A DNA stretch of 43,918 nucleotides from an uncultured Anaerolineaceae bacterium (GTDB taxonomy: Bacteria > Chloroflexota > Dehalococcoidia > Tepidiformales > Tepidiformaceae). A model generated the notes under the pieces. That model searched no databases, had not been told where the DNA came from, and saw nothing but the letters and a program-made list of their open reading frames with translations. The stretch spans positions 10,351 to 54,268 of the forward strand of contig CAYUVT010000001.1 in assembly GCA_964448165.1 (NCBI GenBank), given 5' to 3'. Of this stretch, positions 36,361 through 43,918 are shown piece after piece. How positions within the stretch are numbered: the first letter of the stretch is position 1; each line of letters begins with the position of its first letter. A program made the translations under genes and the position numbers.

Positions 36361-36818
36361 ACTGGCACCTCCGATTGGGGTTGGATGGACTCGGGCTCAC
36401 GGTCGACGATCCCGACGCAGTCACAGGGATTGAGCGTGAGCAGGCGGTGATCGTCGGGCTCGATGCCGCGGAGCCCGGCCGCGAGCGAGGCCAGCTGTTG
36501 CTCCGCTCTTTCGAGCTCACGTAGCCGCGCCTGGACTCTGGTCACGAGGCCGTCAGTCGCGTCGATCAGCGCTTCGCGCATCTCCCGGCAGCTGCCGTCG
36601 TGGTAGATACGAATCAGCGTCGACATCTCCGCCAGCGAGCAGCCCAGCTCCCGTAGCCGTCGCGCGAACCGGAGGGTTTCCAGGTGTTGGTCGCTGTACT
36701 CGCGGTACCCGCTCGTACCACGAGGCACGGCGGGGAGGACACCGGCCCGCTCGTAGTAGCGGATGGTGTCGGCTGAGAGGCCGGAGGCGTCCGCTGCATC
36801 TCGAATCTTCAATGGCAT
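36357..36818 (-). CDS. merR: MerR-family metal-responsive activator (Hg-type Cys pattern)
   Basis: IRDAADASGLSADTIRYYERAGVL HTH. Cys in DGSCREM and, after the coiled coil, NPCDCVG. The stop overlaps the merA start by 4 nt. Confidence 0.85.
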   Translation of the reverse strand: MPLKIRDAADASGLSADTIRYYERAGVLPAVPRGTSGYREYSDQHLETLRFARRLRELGCSLAEMSTLIRIYHDGSCREMREALIDATDGLVTRVQARLRELERAEQQLASLAAGLRGIEPDDHRLLTLNPCDCVGIVDREPESIQPQSEVPV

Positions 36819-36824
36819 GGTGCC

Positions 36825-36855
36825 AGCGTAAACATTGGAGTAACTCCAAGGTCAA
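36825..36855 (-). promoter_or_regulatory. MerR-type promoter: TTGACC, 19-bp spacer with perfect dyad, then TACGCT; leaderless merR
   Basis: Minus strand: TTGACC (36855-36850), 19-nt spacer holding TTGGAGT-a-ACTCCAA (36835-36849), TACGCT (36830-36825), then 6 nt to ATG 36818. Confidence 0.7.
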
Positions 36856-36947
36856 GTGGCTGCCTAAGGAGGTGCGCACCGCCGGTATGCCCGCGCCAGC
36901 TTCCGCGGTCGGGTTTGCGGCATCAGATGCCGAAGTGGATACTTCAC

Positions 36948-36963
36948 TACGACGTGCGTAGGA
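36948..36963. promoter_or_regulatory. Operator-like dyad S14: TACGAC-N4-GTAGgA upstream of FAD oxidoreductase
   Basis: One mismatch; the right half merges into GGAGGAG. Confidence 0.5.
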
Positions 36964-36990
36964 GGAGATGACTGGCTACCACCCGCGGGA

Positions 36991-38211
36991 GTGTCGGGCA
37001 TGTTCGCCGCCAGGGGGCTGGTCGAGACAGTGAAAGAGCCACCCTCAAGTCAAAACGCCGGAGCGCCGGGCGGCTCACCGGTTAGCATCGTTGGGGCCGG
37101 ACCGGCCGGACTGGCCGCAGCCATCGCGGTCACGCGGGCCGGGGGGACGGCACGCGTTTTCGAGCAGCACGGGGACGTTGGCGGGCGATTCCACGGCGAT
37201 TTCCAGGGACTCGAAAACTGGACGTCCAGGACCGACATCCTGGACGAGCTGACAGCTATGGGGGTCGAACCCCGTTTCGACCACACTCCGTTCAAAGAGT
37301 TTGTCGTCTTCGACCTCCGCGGTCGCGACTACGTCTGCCGTTCGGCCCGCCCGCTCTTCTACATCGTTCGGCGCGGGGCGGAGCCGGGCACCCTGGACCA
37401 GGGCCTCAAGGCGGTCGCTATCGAGCAGGGCGTCGAAATCCGTTTCAACGAGCGTGTCGAGAGTCTGCCCGAGGGCGGGATCGTCGCCCATGGGCCGCGC
37501 CGGGCCGACGGCATCGTCGTAGGCCAGGTGTTCGACACCGATGCCCCGAACGGAGCGTTCGGCATCGTCTCAAACGACATCGCGCCGTATGGCTACGCCT
37601 ACCTCCTCGTGTGCAACGGCCGGGCTACCCTAGCCACCTGCATGTTCGCGGACTTCCACAATGAGCGGAAGTATCTCGACCGAGCGTCCCGCTTCTTTGA
37701 ACAGCACGTGGGAGTTCGGGTGGAGCAAGCGCGGCCCTTCGGCGGCTTCGGGAACTTTGCACCGGACACACCCCTGCGCCGGGGCAGGCTGCTCTACGCC
37801 GGGGAGGCGGCCGGTCTGCAGGATGCGCTCTTTGGTTTCGGCATGCGCCTGGCGATGCTCTCGGGACACCTCGCCGGCAAGGCCATCGTGCGCGGACAGG
37901 CGGAGTCGTACGAGGTTGCGGTGGCGAAGCGGATCACGCCCTTGCTAAAGGCAAGCGCGACGAACCGCTACCTGTTCGAACTCCTTGGGGCACGCGGCCA
38001 ACGGTACCTCATGCGGTGGGCGTCTCGCTCCGACGACATCGGCGGCTGGTTCCACCGGAACTACTATGCCCGGGGGCGGACACGATTGCTCTATCCGTGG
38101 GTTCGTTGGCGCCGCTCCCGCCAGCCCATCCAGCCCGCGCACGTCCGCGAGGACTGCGACTGCACGTGGTGCCGTTGCCAACACGAGCAGCAAGGACTCG
38201 CGGTCACCTGA
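36991..38211 (+). CDS. FAD-dependent oxidoreductase (geranylgeranyl-reductase-like fold) with Cys-rich C-terminus
   Basis: VSIVGAGPAGLAAAIA dinucleotide motif, GEAAGLQD, C-terminal CDCTWCRC. Start is GTG 36991 or ATG 37000. Confidence 0.8.
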   Translation: MSGMFAARGLVETVKEPPSSQNAGAPGGSPVSIVGAGPAGLAAAIAVTRAGGTARVFEQHGDVGGRFHGDFQGLENWTSRTDILDELTAMGVEPRFDHTPFKEFVVFDLRGRDYVCRSARPLFYIVRRGAEPGTLDQGLKAVAIEQGVEIRFNERVESLPEGGIVAHGPRRADGIVVGQVFDTDAPNGAFGIVSNDIAPYGYAYLLVCNGRATLATCMFADFHNERKYLDRASRFFEQHVGVRVEQARPFGGFGNFAPDTPLRRGRLLYAGEAAGLQDALFGFGMRLAMLSGHLAGKAIVRGQAESYEVAVAKRITPLLKASATNRYLFELLGARGQRYLMRWASRSDDIGGWFHRNYYARGRTRLLYPWVRWRRSRQPIQPAHVREDCDCTWCRCQHEQQGLAVT

Positions 38212-38288
38212 GGCGGTGCCGGTCGACCGCCAACTGCTCCGCGCACCGTGCTGGTAAGGGCGGACCGGATCCGTGGGCGCCGGCCGCC

Positions 38289-41279
38289 TCAGGCGCCAAT
38301 GTACCGCTTCGGGTCAGCCATGAACTTGTCGTGGCAGGCCTGTGAGCAGAAGTAGTAGGTCTTACCCTCGTGCTCCATTCTTGCCGCGGCGGTGTCCGGG
38401 TCGATGTCCATCCCGCAGACCGGGTCCTTGACGGTGGTTGGGGTTGCCATGTCGCTACCTCCCGGGTCAAATGTTGCTTCGCGTGTTGCTTCGCGCACCT
38501 CGACGGTGGGCGCCGAGATGGCATGGCTGCTGGTTGGTCCCGCGAGCGGCGGGACGCGGTAGGTCCTGAGCCGGTTGGCGTTGGCCACAACGGAGAGCGA
38601 GCTGAGCGCCATCGCGCCGGCGGCGATAATGGGGCTCAACTGCCACCCCAGGAACGGATAGAGCACGCCGGCCGCCACCGGGATGCCGACGGTGTTATAG
38701 AAGAATGCGAAGAACAGGTTCTCGCGGATGTTTCGCATCGTGCTCCGGCTCAGCGAGACGGCCGTGACCACGCCTTTGAGCTCACCTGAGATAAGGGTGA
38801 TGTCCGCCGCTTCGATGGCGACATCCGTCCCGGTGCCAATGGCGAAGCCGACGTCCGCCTGGGCGAGGGCGGGCGCATCGTTTATCCCATCTCCCACCAT
38901 GCCGACGAGCTTGCCCTCGTCCTGGAGCCGGCGGACTTCGAGGGCCTTGTCCTCGGGCAGGACCTCCGCAAGGACTCGGCCGATACCCACCTCCCGTGCG
39001 ATCGCCTCCGCGGTCCGCCGGTTGTCCCCGGTGATCATGACCACCTCGAGCCCGAGCTTCTGGAGCGCGGCGACGGCGGACCGGGAATCGTCCTTCACGG
39101 TGTCCGCGACCGCGACCAGCCCGGCCGGCGCTTCGTCGACGGCGACGAGCATCGGCGTCTTGCCTTCGCCGGAGAGGCGCTCGGCGTCCGATTCGAGGGT
39201 CGCGACATCGAGCCCGGCATCGGCCAGGAGCCGCCGGTTGCCTACGAGCAGGCGATGGCCGTCCACCGCGACCCGTATCCCTTTGCCGGTGATCGACTCG
39301 AAGTCGGACGACTCGGTGAGGTGCAGGTCGCGGTCTTCGGCTCCTCGCACGATGGCCTGGGCGAGGGGATGCTCGGACGAACGCTCCGCCGAGGCAACGA
39401 GCTGAAGGAACTCGGCCTCGGCAAGTCCATTGCGGACGACGATGTCGGTCAGCGCTGGCTGGCCGCGGGTGATTGTTCCCGTCTTGTCCAGGATCACGGT
39501 CTCGAGCTTGTGTGCCGTCTCCAGCGCCTCGGCGGAACGGATGAGGATGCCGTTCTCGGCGCCCTTGCCCGTACCCACCATGATGGAGAGCGGTGTGGCC
39601 AGGCCGAGCGCGCAGGGGCAGGCGATGATCAGCACCGAGACGGCACTCACCAGGGCGAACGTGAACACCGGATCCGACCCGAAGTCGTACCAGACCACGA
39701 AGGTGGCGATAGCGATGAAGATGACGGCCGGCACGAAATAGCTGGCGGCCAGGTCGGCGAGGCGCTGGATGGGCGCCTTCGAACCCTGGGCCTGCTCCAC
39801 CAGACGGATGATCTGAGAGAGCATTGTGTCCTTGCCGACCCTGGCAGCGCGGAAGCGAAAGGCGCCCGTCTGGTTGATGGTTGCACCGATGACGGTGTCC
39901 CCCGCCTCCTTGGTGACGGGCAGCGACTCGCCGGTGACCATGGATTCGTCGATGCTGGAGCGCCCCTCGACGATCTCTCCGTCCACCGGGATCTTCTCGC
40001 CCGGGCGCACGAGCACCACGTCCCCGGGCACAACGTCCTCGATTGGCACCTCCTCCTCCCGGCCATCGCGGATCACCCGGGCCGTCTTCGCCTGCAGGCC
40101 GATGAGCTTGCGGATCGCCTCGCCGGTGCCGGCTTTGGCGCGCGCTTCGAGCAGGCGTCCGAGGAGGATGAGCGTGAGGATGACACCGACCGCCTCGTAG
40201 TAGACCTCGCGCAGGTCCTCGGGGAGGAGACCCGGCGCGGCGGTCACGATCAGGCTGTAGGTGAAGGCCGCGATCGTCCCGACCGTGATCAGGGTGTTCA
40301 TGTCGGCGGTGCGATTGCGGAGGATGAGCCAGCCAGTGCGGTGGATCGGCCAGCCGGTGTAGGCCATTACCGGGGCGATGAGCGCGAGCTGGAACCAACG
40401 GTTGAGCAGGAAGTCGGGGATGGAATCGACGCCGAATAGTTCATGGAGCATCACCGTTGCCGCGACGGGCGTCGTGAGAATCGCCCCGAAAGCCACGCGC
40501 CGCGTCAGGTCACGGATCTCGGCCTGGCGGGCGAGCGCTTCGGCGTCCTCGGTCTCCTGCGAGCCCGGCTCGGTGCGCTCTCGGACCCTGTAGCCCGACG
40601 ACTCGATGGCTGACTTCATCTCCGCCACCGAGACCTGCTCGGGGTCGAATGTCACGGTCACCCGCTCTGCGGCGTAGTTCACGTCCACGCGGTCAATGCC
40701 CGGGAGTTGCTCGACAAACGACTCGATGTTCGTGACGCATGTCGGACAGGTGACACCTCCGCCAATCAGCGCGAACTCCACTTGTGCGAGCTCGCCGATC
40801 TCGACCGTCGGGCCTACGCCGACCGCCTTCGCGACCTCGTGCGTGTGGCCGTCCTCCGCGCCGGTGATCGGCGTAGCATCCGCGGCCGGCGCGTCGCCGG
40901 CCATGGCTCCCTCCACGACGATCGTGCCGTGCACCATGTTCATACCGCACGCGAAACCGAACTGCCCCGCGCGGTCCGGCGTGAACTCGACCGATGTCTT
41001 CTGGAATGCCGGGAGCGATTTACTGATCCGGAAGTCCGGGAAAACCACACGGGAGGTGCAGTCGCTGCCTTCCTGGCGGTCGAAGATGAGACGTACCGGG
41101 ACGCCCTGCTGGACATGGATCAGGCTGGGCGAGTAACCGCCCTTGACGGTGACCTCGACCTCCTGGACGCCCCCGCGGAGCTCCGCCCGGCGGGCTTGCT
41201 TTGGCCCGAAGAAGAACCAAGCCAGGAGGGCGATGATGCCGGCGGCCCCGGCGGTTACGAGGATCTCGTCGACGCTCAT
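38289..41279 (-). CDS. copA: Cu(I)-exporting P1B-1 ATPase with TM plus cupredoxin-like domain, HMA domain and C-terminal YHS/TRASH domain
   Basis: ATG 41279 after AAGGAGG. N-terminal TM, then [11 protein letters not shown]...[25 protein letters not shown]; TM6 [13 protein letters not shown]; DKTGTIT; [11 protein letters not shown]-terminus DPVCGMDID...[12 protein letters not shown]. Confidence 0.95.
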   Translation of the reverse strand: MSVDEILVTAGAAGIIALLAWFFFGPKQARRAELRGGVQEVEVTVKGGYSPSLIHVQQGVPVRLIFDRQEGSDCTSRVVFPDFRISKSLPAFQKTSVEFTPDRAGQFGFACGMNMVHGTIVVEGAMAGDAPAADATPITGAEDGHTHEVAKAVGVGPTVEIGELAQVEFALIGGGVTCPTCVTNIESFVEQLPGIDRVDVNYAAERVTVTFDPEQVSVAEMKSAIESSGYRVRERTEPGSQETEDAEALARQAEIRDLTRRVAFGAILTTPVAATVMLHELFGVDSIPDFLLNRWFQLALIAPVMAYTGWPIHRTGWLILRNRTADMNTLITVGTIAAFTYSLIVTAAPGLLPEDLREVYYEAVGVILTLILLGRLLEARAKAGTGEAIRKLIGLQAKTARVIRDGREEEVPIEDVVPGDVVLVRPGEKIPVDGEIVEGRSSIDESMVTGESLPVTKEAGDTVIGATINQTGAFRFRAARVGKDTMLSQIIRLVEQAQGSKAPIQRLADLAASYFVPAVIFIAIATFVVWYDFGSDPVFTFALVSAVSVLIIACPCALGLATPLSIMVGTGKGAENGILIRSAEALETAHKLETVILDKTGTITRGQPALTDIVVRNGLAEAEFLQLVASAERSSEHPLAQAIVRGAEDRDLHLTESSDFESITGKGIRVAVDGHRLLVGNRRLLADAGLDVATLESDAERLSGEGKTPMLVAVDEAPAGLVAVADTVKDDSRSAVAALQKLGLEVVMITGDNRRTAEAIAREVGIGRVLAEVLPEDKALEVRRLQDEGKLVGMVGDGINDAPALAQADVGFAIGTGTDVAIEAADITLISGELKGVVTAVSLSRSTMRNIRENLFFAFFYNTVGIPVAAGVLYPFLGWQLSPIIAAGAMALSSLSVVANANRLRTYRVPPLAGPTSSHAISAPTVEVREATREATFDPGGSDMATPTTVKDPVCGMDIDPDTAAARMEHEGKTYYFCSQACHDKFMADPKRYIGA

Positions 41280-41379
41280 CGGCTCTGCCTCCTTACCCTG
41301 TAGACCTTGTCTTCGGTCGACTCCTTCGGTCCCGTCGCTCAATCGGACGAGAACGGACACGCCTCGGGCCCTTCCATCG

Positions 41380-41396
41380 TACTACCCCAGGCCGTA
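41380..41396. promoter_or_regulatory. Operator-like dyad S15: TACTAC-N5-GcCGTA upstream of copA
   Basis: One mismatch; about 100 nt upstream of ATG 41279. Confidence 0.45.
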
Positions 41397-41441
41397 CCAA
41401 CACCGTTCCCGCCATCGCGCGGCCGGCCGGGCGAAGGTGTG

Positions 41442-42188
41442 CTAGCCGCGGGAGCGGCGGACGAACACGGCCATTGTCGCCGCGGCCAGCAAAACCACCC
41501 ACGCGGAGGCGGCGCCGAGCGCTACCCAGTCATCGCCGCTCCCGGAGAAAGCCGCATCGATGGCGAACCGAGTGCCGCCGAAGCCCGGGAGGAGTTGCAT
41601 CCAGAGGGGCTGGTCGCCGGAGATGAACATCGGGTCCTGGAAGATGCCCACGTCCATCATCGGGATGAAGAACATGAGGTACGCCCCGCCCAGCTTCCCG
41701 AAGACCAGCGAGATCAACGCGCCGATGAAGCCGTACGCGATCGCCACCAGGACGTTCGCTGCCAGGAATGCCAGGGAGTCACCGGGCCGGAGGTTGATGA
41801 GCGCCGTGGCGACGCTTAGCCCCGCAACGGCAACCGCCATCACCGCGATCATCAACAGCCGCGCGACTGCCACCCTTGCCGCCGGTACACCGGCGACCAC
41901 CAGCCGCTGGTCGGCGCGGCTGGCCTCGAGCATGACGAACAGGCCGGCGACTCCGGCGAGAAACGCCGCCGTGATCGGGGGCATGATGGCGAGATGAACG
42001 TCGGGCTGCCCGATGCTCAGTGCGACCCGCTCCCCGCCCGACCGCACGAAGACGGTCAGGTCCGCGGGCGCAGTGGTGTAGTACGAGAGCGTGATGAAGA
42101 GGGGCGGTACCACCACCAGGAGGATCACCAGCAACGGCGTCCGCGCATACTGCCGCATCAGGGTGGCCGCGAGCCCGGCGGCGCTCAT
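41442..42188 (-). CDS. ABC-2-type transporter permease
   Basis: Six hydrophobic helices; start overlaps the upstream permease stop by 4 nt. Confidence 0.65.
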   Translation of the reverse strand: MSAAGLAATLMRQYARTPLLVILLVVVPPLFITLSYYTTAPADLTVFVRSGGERVALSIGQPDVHLAIMPPITAAFLAGVAGLFVMLEASRADQRLVVAGVPAARVAVARLLMIAVMAVAVAGLSVATALINLRPGDSLAFLAANVLVAIAYGFIGALISLVFGKLGGAYLMFFIPMMDVGIFQDPMFISGDQPLWMQLLPGFGGTRFAIDAAFSGSGDDWVALGAASAWVVLLAAATMAVFVRRSRG

Positions 42189-42895
42189 CCGCTCCTCCGG
42201 ACGTGCGCCAGGCCGGCCCCACCCAGCAGGATCAGCATGTACACCACCGCCCAGCCGTAGCGCAGACGGTCGACGTCCTCGGTGAGCGCTGCATCGACTG
42301 CGATCTGGGAGGGATGGTGGAGCGGGAACAGGCTGGGCCAGAAGCCAGTGGCCCCTCCGAGCGGGCCGGCCACAAAGGCGTCCAGCATGAACACGAGGAG
42401 GATGATGAACGACCCTTCTAGGTCGCCATCGACGAAGAACGCAAGCGTCGCTCCGACCGCTTCGTACGCGAGGGCACCAACGACGACTGCGAGCCAGAGG
42501 TCAATCGGGCTGGCGATGTCCTGGGTCAGGAGCACGACGAGGAAGCCCACCGTTCCGCTCCCGACGCCAAGGACGGCGCCCGCGAGCGCATGCGTCGCGT
42601 AGAGGGCCGGCCGCCCGAGCCCCGCGATGAGGAGCCGGTCATCGGCCTGCCGGCTCGCCCGCAGCAGGAAGAAGGCGGCGGATGAGGACAGCAGCGCTGC
42701 CGCCCAGACTGCGCCGATCGCGGAACCCGACCGTTCGCCCAGGTTTCCGCCGAGGACGCCCGAGAACGTGGCGATGGCGCTGCTCAGGCCGAGCACGAAC
42801 AGCGGTGGCAGGATGAGCAAGAGCGCGATGTTGACCGGCTGCCGGGCATACTGCCGCCCCGTGGCTTTGAGCGTTTCGACCGTCGGCGTGGCCAC
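42185..42895 (-). CDS. ABC-2-type transporter permease
   Basis: Multi-TM paralog of the neighbouring permease, located directly after the ATPase gene. Confidence 0.65.
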   Translation of the reverse strand: MATPTVETLKATGRQYARQPVNIALLLILPPLFVLGLSSAIATFSGVLGGNLGERSGSAIGAVWAAALLSSSAAFFLLRASRQADDRLLIAGLGRPALYATHALAGAVLGVGSGTVGFLVVLLTQDIASPIDLWLAVVVGALAYEAVGATLAFFVDGDLEGSFIILLVFMLDAFVAGPLGGATGFWPSLFPLHHPSQIAVDAALTEDVDRLRYGWAVVYMLILLGGAGLAHVRRSG

Positions 42896-42897
42896 CG

Positions 42898-43590
42898 CTA
42901 GCGAGCCTCGGGTGCGAGAAGTCCGTCGCGGAGCTCAAGGATGCGGTCGAAGTGGCCTCGCTCCTGGATGAAGTGCGAGATGATGAGGATGGTCGTCCCG
43001 GCTGCCCGGAGCCCATCGGCGATTCCCCAGAACGCCTGGTACGTCTCCCAGTCGAACCCGGAGTATGGCTCGTCAAGCAGGAGAAGCGTCGGCGAGTGCA
43101 GGAGTGCGACCGCAAGGTTGAGCTTCTGGCGGGTACCTCCCGACAGGTTCATGACGAGCTCGCCACGGAACCGGACAAACCCGAGCTGCCCGTACAGGCG
43201 TCTCGATTGCTCCCGGATGGCCTCGTCCTCAAGCCCGTAGGCGTGACCGAACAGCCTAAGCGTCTCGTCACAGCTGAGCCGGTCGTAGAGCATCGGGATC
43301 TGCGGGCAGTAGCCCAGGCGGCCGCCGATCGCGACGGTCCCGGCGTCCGGCTTCAGCGAACCCGCGATGATCCGCATGAGGACGCTCTTGCCGGACCCGT
43401 TCTCCCCGACGAGGCCAACCATCGTGCTGGGCGCCAATTCGAAGGACACGCCACGCAGCACGCGGTTCACCCGCCTCCGCGGCCAGATCCCGCGCGCGAA
43501 GGCCTTGTGCACCCCGCTGACGGTAAGGGTGCTGCCCACAGCGACCGCAGGCGCTTGCCCGACCCCGCTGCTGGCTCCGCCTTCGGTCAC
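42898..43590 (-). CDS. ABC transporter ATP-binding protein
   Basis: Walker A GENGSGKS, signature LSGGTRQKL, Walker B LLLLDEP. GTG 43590 overlaps the pckA stop (GTGA). Confidence 0.9.
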   Translation of the reverse strand: MTEGGASSGVGQAPAVAVGSTLTVSGVHKAFARGIWPRRRVNRVLRGVSFELAPSTMVGLVGENGSGKSVLMRIIAGSLKPDAGTVAIGGRLGYCPQIPMLYDRLSCDETLRLFGHAYGLEDEAIREQSRRLYGQLGFVRFRGELVMNLSGGTRQKLNLAVALLHSPTLLLLDEPYSGFDWETYQAFWGIADGLRAAGTTILIISHFIQERGHFDRILELRDGLLAPEAR

Positions 43591-43918
43591 GTCTGCGGCC
43601 CCGCGGCAGCCACCTCCGCCGGAACCTCGGCGAGACGAAGGATGTTCTGCCGAAACTTACCCACGAGGTCGCGAGCCTGGCGGTCGTAGGCGTCCTGGTC
43701 GGCCCAGGTCGCGCGCGGATGGAGAACGCCATCGGGGACGCCCGGCACGACACTGGGAACGTCGAAGCCGAATACCGGGTCTATTGCGACGGGTGCACTC
43801 TCAAGCGACCCGTTGAGCGCGGCGTTCAACATCGCGCGCGTATAGGCAAGCTTGATTCGCGAGCCGATGCCGTACGGTCCCCCGGTCCATCCCGTGTTGA
43901 CGAGCCAGAGGCCCGGCC
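43587..43918 (-). CDS. pckA: Phosphoenolpyruvate carboxykinase (ATP), C-terminal part; 5' end outside window
   Basis: Reverse translation to the window edge reads PGLWLVNTGWTGGPYGIGSRIKLAYTRAMLNAALNG...DPVFGFDVP, the conserved PEPCK(ATP) C-terminus. Confidence 0.85.
   Translation of the reverse strand, partial: PGLWLVNTGWTGGPYGIGSRIKLAYTRAMLNAALNGSLESAPVAIDPVFGFDVPSVVPGVPDGVLHPRATWADQDAYDRQARDLVGKFRQNILRLAEVPAEVAAAGPQT

Noticed and set aside
36968-37033. 21-codon ORF MTGYHPRECRACSPPGGWSRQ directly after dyad S14
   Set aside because: The ATG is only 2 nt from the AGGAGG, which is too close for an SD. It overlaps the start of the FAD oxidoreductase and has no paralog in the window, unlike the His-rich leaders.
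38212-38231. Hairpin GGCGGT-N8-ACCGCC, plus a longer TGAGGCGG...CCGCCTCA inverted repeat, between the convergent oxidoreductase and copA genes as a terminator
   Set aside because: There is no U-tract on either strand and the stem is short. I cannot support an intrinsic terminator call from sequence alone.
38782-40398. 538-aa ORF on the minus strand inside copA in another frame
   Set aside because: Extremely Arg/Gly/Pro-rich with no motifs. The copA frame carries all P-type ATPase signatures.
1-43918. Mobile genetic island interpretation
   Set aside because: No integrase, transposase, tRNA attachment site, flanking direct repeats or conjugation genes are in the window. Accessory-island status cannot be claimed from this sequence.

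Overview
GC-rich bacterial window (about two-thirds G+C by eye), gene-dense on both strands. I saw no rRNA, tRNA, CRISPR array, transposase or integrase. About 50 protein genes can be supported. All product calls come from reading motifs in the supplied translations; no searches were run.

Content is dominated by copper, mercury and thiol-redox homeostasis:
- two P1B-type ATPases, a cupredoxin, SCO1, TlpA and CcdA
- merR-merA and an HMA-like protein
- DUF2933, SHOCT and DUF2892 small membrane proteins
- a BlaI/CopY-family repressor with an M56 protease, and an M50/CBS site-2 protease

These are interleaved with stress genes (four USP genes, PPK2). More unusually, they are also interleaved with central-carbon and glycan enzymes: PfkA, an archaeal-type GAPDH, KorAB, a YHS-fused alpha-glucan phosphorylase, GT4 plus GH65, and PEPCK.

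The main signal is an AT-rich dyad, TAC(T/G)AC-N4/5-GT(A/C)GTA. It occurs 15 times, always in non-coding gaps at the 5' ends of transcription units, and often overlaps -10-like hexamers or a Shine-Dalgarno. I interpret the window as one large, previously uncharacterised metal-stress regulon. It is probably driven by the BlaI-like repressor and its sensor-less M56 protease, and it also commands metabolic bypass enzymes.

Other points:
- His-rich leader mini-ORFs
- a duplicated promoter-leader module
- atypical metal-binding domains: a CPD motif in one ATPase, HMA folds without CxxC, and DUF2934 with CxxxC
- a classic 19-bp-spacer MerR promoter with a leaderless merR
- four genes that are broken in this sequence (ccdA nonsense; sco1, ppk2 and cytochrome b frameshifts, mostly at short homopolymers), which may be sequencing indels

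Taxon guess only: Actinobacteria (Rubrobacter-like) or Chloroflexi/Thermomicrobia.
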